Notes: a model not told the origin generated them from the letters alone. 64,000 nucleotides of DNA from Macrostomum lignano (GCA_002269645.1 NIVC01000319.1:434001-498000), one strand, 5' to 3'; shown: positions 12,480-26,158, numbered from the stretch's first letter. A program made the numbers and translations.

Positions 12480-14396
12480 CCATGCGAGCCCAATTTATAT
12501 GTACATCGGCGTTGCGTACAGTACGTACAATTCATGCAATTTAAGTGCGGCGATCCTTCACCCCCACTCTGGTGACGGGATTTTATTCATCGTCTGAAAA
12601 TAAATATCGATCAGCCCAACTAGCAGGGCTCCACCTTTCGTCTCCAAGGACTCTACGGACTCCAATGACGCGGATCTGAAGGACATCTGAGGCGTCAGGC
12701 ACGAGCTGTCGGAGCACGAAGGCCTCCTATTGCGCGACAGCCAGCTGTTCGTGCCTGAGGTGCTACGGTTCCGGTGCCTTCAACTGGCTCATCAAGGCAT
12801 GCAAACTAGACCGCCTGTAATCGAAGGTCTGGTGACCGGGCATGCACTCGGCAGTGGAGACTCATGTGGCCGCCTGCATCAGCTGCGCGGCCTCCAACAG
12901 CGAGGCGACTACAAAGGCAACGCGCTTGAAGCCGACGGATCTACCGGATAGGCCATGGCTCGATCTCGACCTTGACTTCCTGGGGCCCGTCAAAGGAAAA
13001 TCGCTACTCGTCTGCACCGACCACTTTTCTCGGTTCCGCTGGTTGAAGCTATGGCAGACACAACGGCCGCCGCCACCACACGCGTGCTCCGACGGTGATG
13101 TAGCATCATACATGCGCAACCTCCAAAATTCGGTGCGACTTAGTTTTAACAAAAATGCGACGTAGTTTTTGGCCAAAAATGCGACTTACATGTAAAAGAA
13201 ACCCTAACGCAAAATTAACGCAACTTTGGGTACACGGTAGGAGTAACTATAACTGTCTTATTAAGGCAAGATGCTTCGTCATCTACTTAGTACTACTTGG
13301 GTATTTATTCGGGTGGGCATTTTTGCGACTTACCTTGGTTGGCCGCCAAATCGGTCGGCCGGATCGGCCGACTCGGCCGAATGTTGCGCATGTATGTGTA
13401 GCATTTTCGGCCAGCCGCTCAAGATGTCGACTGACAAGGTGTCGCCCTTCTCATCAGCGGATTTAACCAACTTCCAGAAAGACCAAGGAGTCCACCATCA
13501 TCGGATCACGCCGCTCTACCCGCAGGCCAACGGAGCCACCGAGCGCTGCAACGAGGGCCGCCTCAACAAAGCCATACGCGCAGCTTTCGCCGAAGGAAAA
13601 GACTGGACGGTAGCTGTCGACGAATACCTGGCCGCGCACGCCGCACAGCTCGACAGGAGTCGCCCCGGCAAACCTGCTCTTCGGACGCCAAGTCAATGAC
13701 GCGATCCCCAGTCTTCACCACTCGCGACCTGTGAAAGTGTCGCGGGCCGCCATTGCCGGAACGGATCGGAAGGCCAAAGAGAAGATGAAGGACTACCGCG
13801 ACCAGCGGGACCATCAAATCCAACCGAGCGCGTCCTACGGCGCCAGTAGCACCTTCGTTGAAACCGTACCGTGGACTGTGGCGAATTTCAGGAAAATGCC
13901 CTTGTTATTCAGCGCGGCGAGACCACTTGCCGACAGCACGCCACTCAGGTCAAGAAGCTGCCGGAGCCCCCCGGCCACGCAGCAGGCCGAGTCCATCGGT
14001 GAGACCGGCGGCCAAGAGGCGCCCGGCGAGCCCGCGGAGCCGATCGCGGCCAGGCCGCACCCACGCCAGGCCAAAGACGGGGCCAAGAACTACAAGGAGC
14101 CGGACCTCAGGAGGCATTAGGCCTCAGTGATTGCTTGGTAGCAGCAGACTTTGACAATATGTATTCTTTGTTACAATATTTTGTTTTTACCCCCTTATTA
14201 CTAATCCGCGCGTGGAGAGAGATGTTGTGTTCTCGCTAGCCCAGTCTATATGTACATCGCCCTGCGTACAGTACGTACAATGCATGCACTTTACGATTCT
14301 TCACCTGCACTCTGGTGGCGTGATTTATCCATCGTTTGAAAATAAACAAATATCGATCAGCCCAACTAGCAGCGCTCCACCTTTCGTCTCAGCACA
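12480..14396 (+). mobile_element. Deleted Ty3/Gypsy LTR retrotransposon remnant (integrase region between two diverged LTR-like repeats)
   Basis: Integrase fragments HELSEHEGLLLRDSQLFVP, CISC, PWLDLDLDFLGP and HRITPLYPQANGATER. A polypurine tract GGAGAGAGA precedes a TG...CA LTR at 14223-14396, and a similar sequence lies at about 12480-12645. Confidence 0.8.
13107..13396. mobile_element. hAT-type MITE (CATACATGCGCAAC family), copy 1, inserted in the Gypsy integrase
   Basis: TIR CATACATGCGCAAC / GTTGCGCATGTATG and perfect 8-bp TSD TGTAGCAT. Confidence 0.9.
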
Positions 14397-15779
14397 CTCC
14401 AGCCTTTCCTACTATAGCCATTACAATGGTTTTCTGGCAGAATCATTTAATTATCTCGACGGTCCGGAGGGCTGGCGACTTGATTCTTGCTCCAGAAGGT
14501 CGCGCTACAAAAAGTGAGTCCATGTTCTCGGGTTTTGTGTGCCTTCGTTGCTCTGTTCGGGCGCAGCAAAAAAAATTGTGTCTGGGGGGTTCCCCGAGGG
14601 CGAAAAAATGGATTGGAATTCCTGTTGCTAAACAGAAGGAAAATCCAATCATGAAAATATCTTCAGAAGTACATGATTTGAGACAATTGCCAATTTTGTC
14701 CCCAAGGCTGAACAATTTCCATCGTGCTAGCGCATTTTGAGACAAAACTGGAAGGAATCGAGTCCGTGAGCTCAGGACCTGAGTTGTCTGTCCGCCTGTC
14801 AGCTCGGTGGGACCTGCCATAATGCAGTAATCTAATAAGCACAATGCGGGTTCTCCATTCAGGGTCTGACAGATGACACACAGACACTGCAGCACCTCCG
14901 CTTCCTGATTGATCACCCAGCAGCGGCGGGGAGATGTGATTAAAAAAGCAGTAAAATGAGGTGCGAAATTGCAAAACTGATTCTAAAGATTCAGTAAGTA
15001 GATTAGATTAAAATAAATATTTTTAGTAAACTTTTTGTTAACTAGCGGAAACTGTTTAGCATGCAAAACAGTACCTCGTAAATAAGAATCTTTAAGTACA
15101 CCTGGGTGCGTTATAGATTCAAACAACAGGGTGGAAGGCATCCCAGATGGTTGGGAGGGGGCTAAAAGTACAGGCAGAACTCAAGCTCAACCAGGCAGAC
15201 TGTTAGAGGATTAACAGAGAGGATTTCACTTTTAGCGTCCATAGGCTTGCAGGAGGCAGCTGCGTTCGATATGAGAAATTGATACTAAAATTGATACAGA
15301 AATTGATACTAAAAAGATGGAAACAGAAATATTCAGAGTACAAAGTGAGCAAGCTTACAGCTCCAGCCACTGGCCACAGCCAGCTCACGCCACCGCAGAG
15401 AGACAGAGCAGCCTCCTGACCACCAGCCAAGGGTGACGGCAGCAGCGCATTTGACAAATGAGGCATGCTCCTGAACCAGCGTGCTTCAGGACTTACAATC
15501 AGGGATTCAGGAGCTGCTGAAGTTTGAAAATTTGCTCTGCATATCTGCGAAAAGTTTCGGCTTGCTTGATTCAGCTGCAGGGGGTTCTGGGCATCCGGAT
15601 GCAGCGAGGAGGCGTTGCCGCCCATTTCGCAAACCCCTGGACACCCAGAGGCAACTACAAGTAGAGGCAAGAGTTAAAAATTCTAAAAACATTAGAAGGA
15701 AAAATTAGCATAAATCAAAACCATCATAAAGTCTGTTTATATATAGTCAATGTGTCACCTGACCATCGGCGCTCTTCCT

Positions 15780-16200
15780 CTGTCGCCCCAGTCTCCTGTC
15801 ACCGCAGTCCCTGTCACCCAGTCCCTGTCACCCAGTCCCTGTCACCCCAGTCCCGTGTCACCCCAGTCCCTGTCAACCCAGTCCTTTTTCACCCGAGTCC
15901 CTTGTCACACCCCTGTCACTCCAGTCCCCTGTCACATCAACCCCTGTCACTCCAGTCCCCTGTCACACCCCTGTCACTCCAGTCCCCTGTCACACCCCTG
16001 TCACTCCAGTCCCCTGTCACACCCCTGTCACTCCAGTCCCCTGTCACACCCCTGTCACTCCAGTCCCCTGTCACACCCCTGTCACTCCAGTCCCCTGTCA
16101 CACCCCTGTCACTCCAGTCCCCTGTCACACCCCTGTCACTCCAGTCCCCTGTCACACCCCTGTCACACCAGTCCCTGTCACCCCAGTCCCCTGTCACCCT
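15780..16200. repeat. Minisatellite (CACTCCAGTCCCCTGTCACACCCCTGT unit), related to the 3945-4550 array
   Basis: Visible tandem array sharing the core CAGTCCCCTGTCAC. Confidence 0.9.
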
Positions 16201-19200
16201 GTTCTGTCATGAATCTTTTACACAATTTAGCTCGTACACAAGCAGTATAGCTGATTAATCACAAATGGCGACAAGTTCACACGGACGGATTCCGGAGCTC
16301 ACACAAGACTCCGACTTCGAGATTTACGCATAGAGAATGGAGCAGTATTTCATCTGCAACTAGGTTGAGTCCACCGAGGCCAAGCGTGCTACATTTCTCA
16401 CTGCCATTGGAGAGAAACACTACAAACTGCTTCGGGACATGTGCCATCCGTACTGACTAGCTGACCATCAAGACATACGAGAATCGCAGAGATGTCCTCA
16501 AGAATCACCTCCTTCCAAGATTGCTGCCAGATTCAAGTTTCAGCGCAGGATTCAGCAAGAAGGCGAATCGTCCACAGCCTTACTTAGCAGGTCTGAAGTC
16601 TGATGTGGTGCACTGCAATTTCAGCTCAATAATGAATTAATGAACGATTTCGCAATAAGTTTGAATTCAGCATGAGTAGCGATGCGATGCGCTCCAATTT
16701 TTTATAGAGTTCAAGCAGCTCCCACCAGACTCTGACCACCCTGACTAATTCATTGGAGACTTCGCAGAGAACTTCAAGCGAAATGTCGCAACCGTCGTCT
16801 ACGCACCGAGTCACAGCTCAGCTGCGACCGCACGCCCCGGCAGCAGGCAAGCCAGCTCAATGAGACCATCGGCATCACCCAAGGCTAACCGTTGCGACAG
16901 CTGCAGAGGCTCTCATTCACGACAGACCTGCAGGCATCGCAGCGCCAAGTGCCACGCCTGCGGCAGGCTCGGTCATCTCAAGAAGGTCTGCCCTTCATCC
17001 AATGCCTCCATCAAAATGGTAGACGAGTCTGACTCCTCCACAGAGGACGAACAGGAGGAGGAGCCCATCTTCCACGTATCGAACGCCTCCCGGTCGGCCA
17101 TCATGGGGCCCCTGCAGGTGGAAAAGACGCTGACACAGTTTGAGTGGATATCGGATCAGCTGCCAGCTTAGAACCAAAGTCCTTCTACGACCAGCATCTC
17201 AGCCACCTACCGCTGCGCCTATCGAGGACCACCCTGCGCACCTATACTGACCAGGCACGACCAGTGCCTTACGCCCCGCGTGACAGCGTTGACAAGGAGC
17301 TGCAGCGAATGGAAGCGGAGGGCATCATCAATCCGATCACCACCTCCGACTGGGCGGCGCCAATTGTTCCGGTCATTAAGAAGGATGGCTCGGATACTAC
17401 AAACGCACCTTCAAACACGTGGCCAAGCAGGAGCACTATCCATTGCCGAGGATCGAGGACCTGTTCGCACGGCTGGGCGGCGGCTACAAGTGGAGCAAGC
17501 TCGAACTGGCCAAGGCGTTTCTGCAGCTGCCGATCTTTGAGGATAGCAAGCAGTTTATCGTCATCAACACCCAGCGAGAACTGTTTTAAGTCAACCGCCT
17601 GTTACCTTTAGGCATCCGCTCGGCCAGCATCATCTTCCAGCGCGTGCTCGATACCCTGATGGGGCACCTTGACGGTGTTCGAGTCTACCAGGGCGACATC
17701 TTGGTGACGGCCCCACACTGGCTGCGCACAAGGCCAACCTGATGCAAGTGCTGCGCAAGCTGCAGGAGACTGGTCTGCACATCAAAGTGGCCAAGTGCGC
17801 CTTCTTCAGAGATTCGATCGACTACCTGGGTCACCGGATCGACCATCACGGTTTGCGGCCACTCACGGACAAGATCGAGGCCGTGCAGCCAGCGCCGACA
17901 CCGACCGATGTGAGTCAAGTGCGCTCCTACCCAGGCATGCTGACTCTATGCGAAGATCCTGCCCAACCTCGCATCGGTCGTAGCGCCTCTCACCAAAGGA
18001 GTGACATGGAAGTGGGGCGATCCCAGGGACCAGACCTTCAAAGCAGCTGCTGCTGGACTCTGGCGCCCTTGTGCACTTCAACCCGGAAGTGCCTCTTCGA
18101 TTGGAGTGCGACGCGTCAGCATACGGCATTGGCGTCGTGCTCAGCCACCGCGAGAAGGCTCGGACTATGCCATTGCTTTTGCCAGAAAGTCGCTGACCTC
18201 AGCCCAGCGCAATTGCTCCTAGCTGGACAAGGAGGTGCTGATCTCAAGTCGGCGTACAGCGCTTTTATCAATTCCTAAATGGTCGCCATTTCACCATCGT
18301 GACGCATCATCGGCCGCTCCTCAGACTGCCGGGCCCGGACAAGGAAATCCCGACACGCGCTGCTGTCAGAATGCAGAGGTGGGCCATCCGATTGTCAGGC
18401 TACCAGTACTCCTTGGAGTTCAGGCCGACCGAGAAGCCTGGAAACTGCATTTCCCTCTCCCGCCTGCACGTCGAGGAAGCCGCAGTGCACTCGCTCACTC
18501 TGGGGGACGATTCGAGCCCCCCATTCGACTGCTGCCGCCAGTGCCAAGGCAACTCAAGCCAACACGATACTGTCGAAGCTGCTGTGGGCCCTGCGATCGG
18601 GACAGGAACTGCCAGCTAAAAACTTCCAAAACTTTGCCCGACGTCAAACAGAGCTTTCTGTCGAAGCCGGTTGTGTACTGAGGGGGTCTTGCGTCGTCAT
18701 TCCGGACACCTGGACAGCTGTACTTGACGCATCCTGGTGCGAGCCAAATGAAGGCCCTCGCACGGAGCTTCGTCTGCTTGCCCAGACTCGACAAGGAACT
18801 GGAGCAGCTCGGAAGAGAGTGCGTCATCTGCAGAGCCCATCAGGCAGACCCAACAAGGCTCCAGTGCATCCCTGGCTGTTCCCCAAGGAACCATAAGGCA
18901 GCCTAAATTTCGATTTCGCCGGCCCTGTCAACGGTCGAATGTACGAGCGTACATCGTTATTGTCGACGCTGCTGTCGAGCGGGACGTCTGCTGGCCGGAC
19001 CATCGTGCACCTCCATGACGTATTCTCCCACCTGGGGCCTACCAAGTATTCTCATCTCAGACAACGGCCCCCAGTTCGCCTCTCGGGAGTTCGCTGACTT
19101 CATGCGTAGCAACGGCATCCGGCACGTGACTTCAGTGCCCTACCACCTGGCTGCCAACGGGCAGGCCGAGAGATTCGTGCAGATGCTCAAAGCTCACATC

Positions 19201-19750
19201 AGGAAGTCAGAGGCACTCTGCAGAAGTCATGCAGCGCTTCCTGTTTGCCTACCGGATCGCGCCGCATTCAAGCACCGCTGCCTCACCAGGCGAACTGCTA
19301 TTTGGAGGTCGCCTGTGATCCCATCTGGACCTCCTGCGACCGTCCCTGGTTGAGCAGATGCGAGACTGACTTGACGCACCGCCAAGTGCGATCCTTCGAA
19401 TTCGGTGACACCAAAGAGCTTCGGCAAGAACGCCGGCTGGCGGCGTGGCTTCGTCATGGCGGCGGGCAAACGAAACTACGACGTTGAGGTCGGCAAAGGT
19501 CAGGTCGGCGCCACATCGACTAACTACTGCCAGAGAAGTGTCAGCAGCCGCCAGCAGTACCGGCCGTCGCGGCACCCGAGCAAGCACCAAAATCAATCTC
19601 GGAACTCTGAGGTGGGCCCCGACAGCTCAATTTCAGAAACTTCAGCAGCGGCCCCGATAGCTCTCGCTGGACCTGCTCCGGTCACTGAAGTCACTGGACA
19701 GCATGCCGCTCTCGCCTGCCAGGTTTCAGGCGGGCCAGTGATTGAACTTT
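16200..19750 (+). mobile_element. Degenerate near-full-length Ty3/Gypsy retrotransposon (gag-PR-RT-RH-IN)
   Basis: PBS-like TGGCGAC at 16265; gag RMEQYF..KRATFLTAIG; knuckle CHACGRLGHLKKVC; protease-like DIGSAASL; RT ARPVPYA..SDWAAPIVPVIKKDGS with a decayed YQGD; RNase H CDASAYGIG; integrase LISDNGPQFASREF..PYHLAANGQAERFVQ. Many frameshifts and stops. Confidence 0.9.
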
Positions 19751-19849
19751 GAGACACTGACTTGACTCATCAACAGATCTTTAATCACCGTGAGTTTTTT
19801 TAATTCCATGTTAAGTGATTAAAAACCTATTTATAGAAATCTCCAGTGG

Positions 19850-20255
19850 CCAAAGGGCATATCATATTGTAATCAAAGACAAATCGTTTATTATCAGCGC
19901 CTGACAGGCCAATCTTCTTTGTCGAATTGTAATAAACGGCGTGATCTTTAGACTGCAGTTCAGAAAATTCATTAATACTGTAGTTCTCCTATTGTGACAC
20001 AAGGCATCTCTGTATGCAGCTTCATTTAACTCATTCCTAACTACATGTTTAGGAACACCCTTTGATTTTTAGTGGGATCTGATGGCTACATTTTACAAAA
20101 TAAGATTTTGCTCTCAACCCGATAAATTCGGTGATGATTTTGCCATCATTCTTATCCTTTATTTTCCTAATCACTTTCTTGTTACTAGGGCCAAACATTT
20201 GATTGCCATTCTGCGTTTTGAATGATTCTGAGTATTCAGATAGGTCATGCAAGTC
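19850..20255 (-). mobile_element. Polinton/Maverick-type protein-primed PolB C-terminal remnant
   Basis: NKKVIRKIKDKNDGKIITEFIGLRAKSY...KG, then LQSKDHAVY...KIGLSGADNKRFV. This resembles the KKVIGKMKDE/EFVGLRAKMY/ALSxxDDKR pattern of Polinton-type PolB. Confidence 0.65.
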
Positions 20256-20829
20256 CTTCTACGTCAAAAGACTTGTCACCCCCTTTTTTGCGTCCTTTTT
20301 TTTTTCACTGAGAGTCACCCCCCCTGCGTATGCCACAGCCAGTGGCTTAATCGGTTGTTTATTTATCCCCGGGCTGTGCGCTATGATTGGCCGTGGCCAT
20401 GTCGCCAGCTTTTCCCTTTGGCGGGTTAGTGATTGGCTGGGCCTGGCGGCGGTCTCGGGGTTGCCTCCCCCCGGGCGGGGTGGTTGGCTGGGAGGTTGGG
20501 TCGGTGGTGGGGTGGTGAGTTGAAGAGCTTGTGGCCCTCCCCCCTCCGCGCAGGCGTTGGCTATCTGGGTGGGTAGTAAACATTGCAGAGGAAAGAGTTC
20601 CTAGTCCAGCAATTTAAAGCGGGGACAGACAGATACGGGATAAACTGCGCAATTTCACACAGCAGGCCTTGCTCTCTCTTTCCACTTCTCTCTACACTGA
20701 GTGATGCCGCTAGAATATAATATGTTTTCCATAAATCATTATATATTATAGAATTTTCTAACAACGTTATAAAAACTTCTAAAGTCGCGTATTAGAGCAA
20801 AAACATTCACCACCCAGGCCTCTTCATGT

Positions 20830-21560
20830 CCATGCCATCAACTGAACGCAAAACTGACGAGTCAAAAGCCTGCAATAAATTAGCATAACTAAAAAGATTT
20901 TTGCTGATGCCACGGTGAAAAACTTTGAAGAAGAGGAAAACAAGTTGTGAGACGAAATAATCGATTTCGGCGATTTGTAAAACAGCAAAAATATGGATCA
21001 ACACGTACAATGCGCTGACCAGGCGATTTCAATGTGAAGAAATCGTCTTACCGACGTTTAGCGGTAATATAAACAAGACCAAGATGCGAAGGAGGTGAAG
21101 GAAGAAGAAGCAGTAAAAAATTGCTTAAGAGCTTCGTGAATCAACGAAGATTGGAAGACTTCAAGTGCGGTCATCACCAAATCGAATCCGTAGTCGAGTA
21201 GATTAGGAAAATAAACTAAGGATTTTCCTACGGCATAAAAGCCGGCGGGATTCTGCAGCACGTAAGGACGACCTAAAAAAACAAAAATATAAGGCTTTAT
21301 AAGAAATATAAAATTTTCACTCGCTTGGGTGAATTTTTTTGATCCGCGTTGCGAAGCTCAGCCGCCAGCACCCATTACTGAAGTGCAGCGCAGTTTCTCT
21401 GTCACGCCTGCGATCTAAGATCAAGTTCGCAACAGAGGCGCCTCAGCTAATTCAGGAAGAAGACGAAATCGAACTCCTACATCAACCAAATCAGCAGCTG
21501 GTGGAGGCTGAGCTGGGCAAGCTGGAGGCGGCTGGCATTATCGAGTGAGTCTAAGTGGAC
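20830..21560 (+). pseudogene. Heavily decayed gag/RT-like retroelement fragment
   Basis: One stop-riddled charged frame at 20830-21270, plus QQLVEAELGKLEAAGIIE, which resembles the Gypsy RT N-terminus. Confidence 0.3.
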
Positions 21561-22049
21561 TGAGAGCTTCAGTGCATAAAACCGAATACTGCAATATTCG
21601 ATCCTTACAGTATTGAATTCAGAAAAATGGGACCATTTTTTTTCCTTTACAACAAATAAGGAGTGGAAGTATTTTATGAGTAGAAGCTGTCCTGACAACT
21701 ATGTACTGTACGTCAGGGATATACATCGTAACATTTTTATATTTAGAATTGCACATTTAAACTGCAATTTCTTTCAACTGTCCTCCATTTTTTGGTACAC
21801 GGGGGGGAGTAAAAACCCTCACGGTTGATTCTTCACTCTCTTTCCCCAGATTTTTCTTCAACTTTATTATCCCATTCTCTCAATCACAACCGCTGGAGCA
21901 AACTCTTCACCATTAAAATCCTCTCAAACTCAGAGTTTGAAATGTTAAACAGTATGTTGGCTCGTTTACCTTTAAACACCTAAAAGGTAAATTCAAATTT
22001 AAGTTGCTGCGAATTAAAATATTCAAACCTTTAACAAAATCAACAATTC

Positions 22050-24460
22050 AAACTATGAGGATGGACGAGACAAAGCGGCATTTGGCGAGCAAGAGGCGGC
22101 ATCCGCGCAAAGAAGCAGAAAAAGGGGTGCAAGCGAACTCCTAAGCCCAAGAAAGGATAAGACAGTTCGTCCGAGAAGAGAGGGAACATTACAAATGCTG
22201 GGACACCATCTGACCAACCGCCCGACGCTTGCGGGCCTCAGAGGCACAGTCACTGAAGTAGCGCCCCACAAGTCAGAGCGCCAGTCACCCAGGGCCATGG
22301 TGTCAGGCAGAGCCACCCCCGGAGAAGGCGACCGGGATGAAACCGCAGTTCCAGTGCCTGACGCAGAAGCGAGATCAGCAGACGAGGCTTCAAACGCTGC
22401 CTCTGCGAGCCCACGCGGTAGGAGAACAGCGGGGCGGTGGCGCCGATGCGATTCTGGCGCAGGTGGCGCGACACAGCACTGACAGGGCAATAGGCAGCGC
22501 CGGCCAGACAAAGCAGCTGCACCGTGTGGACACGCTGGCCGAATTGGTTGGTCTTGGACCGCTGCAGCTGCAGCACCAGCCCGGAGCCGGAGCTGGATAG
22601 ATGGCCAGAGCGCAGCTCCAGACCGGCAGCAGGTCGCCGACTCGGATCAGCCACCGCCGGCGCCAGGCCACCAGCAAGGCGGCGCAGAATGCAGACCACA
22701 GATTCGGGACAAAGCCGCGATGGGCCGCAGGGTCGTTCACCAGCCGCCGCAGGTGGTCAGGCTCGAGCGCAGTCGCCTGCTTGGTCCGAAGCCCCAGGAA
22801 GAGCCGAGCGCCCCTCGCAAGGAACTGCAGCCGTGCCGCCTCTCGAGCTAGGTCTGGCGAGCCGGCCAGCTGGTGGAGCACCGAGACGGAATTGATGATG
22901 GACCGCTGGGCTAAGAAGGCGTTGATCCGTGATTGCACCAGGTGAACCAACGTACTGACACAGGTCGCTCTCGCTGGCGGTGGTCGGACCGATGCCCGCC
23001 CGATCACAGAACGCATGCCAGGCCTTGAATTGGCAACGGCAGGATCTCCAGGAGCTGTCTGCGAGAGCAAGGCGGCAGCGGAGACTGCTTTCTGGGGCGG
23101 CCCGTCCCGAGAGCGGAGGCGACCTGAAAGCGGAGGGCGGAGTGAGAAGACACCGAGAGCGCGTGCATGGAAAAATTTGTCAGACAAAAGGCAGATATGA
23201 CCGTAAAAACAAAAGCAAAAGTTAAGCAATCCAGCACGAGAGCCAAGCATTTGAGACGCGGCGTCACGTCTCATATTTTTATAATTTTCATAAGTCCTGT
23301 CAGGTGATAAGCCTCAATACAAAGAGGTTGGGATGACTGCAGAACAAGTGATTAACCATGCTAACAGCGGCGGTACTATTAGACCAGAATCGAGCCAAAC
23401 TTCGAAACCGTCAACAGTAGAGTCATGGCTTCCTTGAAGTTAATGTGTAAATTCATTAACTGGCCATCAAAGTCTCTCTCCCAATGGATTTAGACCCAGT
23501 CAGAGACGGTTGAGGTCCTCAGAATGCCTGCCGCACCTTCGGTGCAGCTGTCAGACTCAATCGCTGCAAGCTCTGGTACGAGCGTAGTTTGGCCAGAGAC
23601 TACTAAGCGGCAACCAGGCCAGCGCTTTCTGCCATCAATCTAGGTGCATTTTCAGCTCAGACCTAAGCACAATTGGAGCCTTGCAGTCATAATCCATTGA
23701 GGTGATCACCTCCATGAAGGAAATGCCGCAGCTGACAATTGATTTGACACAGCCAACCAAGCTTCCTCGACAGCTTCTGCATGCGACCGCAGTCCCTCAG
23801 TAGGTTGTCAATCTCACTGGCTTTGCCAGCAGGAAGGCTCATCGTACCCTTGCGTGTATCGATGCTTATTCCCAGAAAAACCAGCTGTTGCAAAGGTTGA
23901 GTCGACTTATCCCAGTTAATAGTAAGTCCCAGCGACTGCAGCAGATTAGTAAGAAAATCATAGGCCCGCCGGGCCCGCTCTCCGAGTCAACTGCCATTGT
24001 CAAATCGTCCAGGTAGTTGACGGTGGTGTGAAAACCGCACCGCACCATGTAGCGCTTCACCGCTGATGAGAGCCGATGAAAAATCTCACAGGAGGCGCAC
24101 GAACCGAAAGGCAGCCTGTTATCGAACATCGCAGTCTCACAGTCCTGACCGTGAAAGCGCCACTTCAAGCCAGAAAGACGATGGTCATTGGGACTGATGG
24201 CGACGGACCTGTAGGCATCTTTCAGATCCATTTTGGCCATGTAGGAACCGGGCTTTAAATGCTTTTTGAATTCTCGAACAGAGCCAAAACGGATGCCTTT
24301 TTCCTGCTGATAGTAGTCATTAACAGAGTCGCCGAGCCGAGCAGACAGATCGTGAATGAGGCGGACTTTCCCGTTGGATTCAGTCAAGGACTCAATGGGG
24401 TTCACTTTCACAGACTCCTTGGGTAACGGTGTAGCGGCCCGCTGAGCTTTCACCTTGGCG
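22050..24460 (-). mobile_element. Tyrosine-recombinase retrotransposon (DIRS/Ngaro type), degenerate: RT, RNase H, YR
   Basis: RT KVRLIHDLS..SVND..MAKMDLKDAYRSV..DNRLPFGS..IFHRLS..NYLDD (23866-24453); LVFLGISIDT..MSLP; YR LVLQLQRSKTNQFG..CPVSAV (22250-22900). Frameshifts present. Confidence 0.88.
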
Positions 24461-24724
24461 GCATTCTGGCTAGAATATTTAGTTATCTCTCAGAGCAGTA
24501 ATATTAGGTTGCTTATCTTTAACCAAACGAAAGCCATGAACGATACCATTCATCAAATACTGCTTGTCTGGGTCGTAATTCAGCAGCTTCTCCCAAGCGA
24601 AGCCTTCAAATCTCCAGCAGAGGAGTTTAAGCAGACTATCAATCCGCAACTAGCTCAAGACAGTTTTCCGATGCCAACACCGGAGGAAGCTCTCTCCACA
24701 GTTGCCACAGGTGCACGAGGTACA

Positions 24725-25150
24725 GCATACTTGATTTAGAGAAAGCGTATAACCAGATAGAGCTGGGTGAAGAATCGAAGGCCCTTACTGAAATGTCGAC
24801 TCTGTTTGGTAACTTTCGCTATAATCGTCTGGTGTTTGGTTTAAAAACAGCACTTAGAATTTTCCAGCGCTACATTTCCCAAGTCATCCAAGGTATATCT
24901 GGGTCGATTGCTTATATTGATGATGCGCTGATTGGAGGCAAAGACGAGGCTAAGTTGCAATGTCGAGAAGAGCAGGTGCTCAAATGGCTAGTCAGTGAAA
25001 TCGTAGCAGGCTGTGGTTCCTAGGCCACACTCTAGACAATGGTCGCATCTAGTCGAACGACGAGAAAGTCAGTGCAATCAAGGAGATGAAGCCACCAAAG
25101 AGCTTGGCAGAGTTAGTCATTTCTGGGATTAGGGATGTTCTGTTCTCGTT
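24725..25150 (+). mobile_element. Ty3/Gypsy reverse transcriptase fragment
   Basis: LDLEKAYNQI..FRYNRLVFGLKTALRIFQRYISQVIQG..AYIDD..FLGH..DEKVSAIKEMKPPKS. Confidence 0.8.
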
Positions 25151-26158
25151 TCGAGCAGATTACCAGAAATACAAGAACAGGACTGTTCACGTGATCTTGA
25201 GCGCGAGTGAGCCACAGAGACCCACGATTCTCAAGGAATCGATTCTTTAAGTTGCTATGCTCATATGAGCCTATTTTGAATTATTTAAATTAAGGTCTCA
25301 TCAAGGAGTCTCCAGGCTAGCAATCCAAGTAGCTAGTGTATATTGTGGTCAAGCGGTTCGCATTAGACGAAAGAAATTGTACCACGACTACGTGGCTGTC
25401 TGGTGGTCTTCGATTTTTTGTTACCACAGACATTTCCATTTGTACTATGATGTCAAAATAAGCGACGTCATCTATTGCACCGAAATGGAGACTCACGTGA
25501 ATTTACATTGGGGACTAACACACGAGGTGTCTATGGCCCAAGATAGACAGTTGGAAGTGTAAAGAGTCGGGACTAACCTAGAGGTTTTATCGGACAATTG
25601 GATTAGCGACAATCGGACTGCATTTGCGGACCCTTAAAAATCCCTTACAAGCCTTTAATTTGGCTACAAACTTTCAGTCATACGAGCCAAAATTAGAAAT
25701 TAAAAATAAAATAATGTTTAAAACAATTAATTTTCACAATTTAATAGTAAGGTAAGCTTCCATTGAACTACAGGCAAGCACAGAATGAATTATGAAGCTG
25801 TCAGCCCATCCAATACCAAGCTAAACAGCTCCTGTCCAGTTCCACTGTACACTTGGCTGCGTACACAGGAGGAGTGAATGTACACTGCCTGTCTTCTCTT
25901 CTTATTCGTAGCCTCCGCCAGCCCTGTTCTCTCCTCTCGGTCGTCCTCAGGCCTTTCTCACCCCAGCCCACAACCCACAGCTCCGTTGCCATTGGCAACG
26001 CTATGAGGCAGGCGGCTCAGCGTACAGCAGAGAGGACAGAGGTAGGTATGGAGGCATAACTAATGAAAGAGTGTAAAGGAGAGTCGCAGGAATGCGCAGG
26101 CTTTGAATAACTAACTAGTTTGAGAAGTCTGTCAAGAAGGAGCAGATAATTGACGCAA

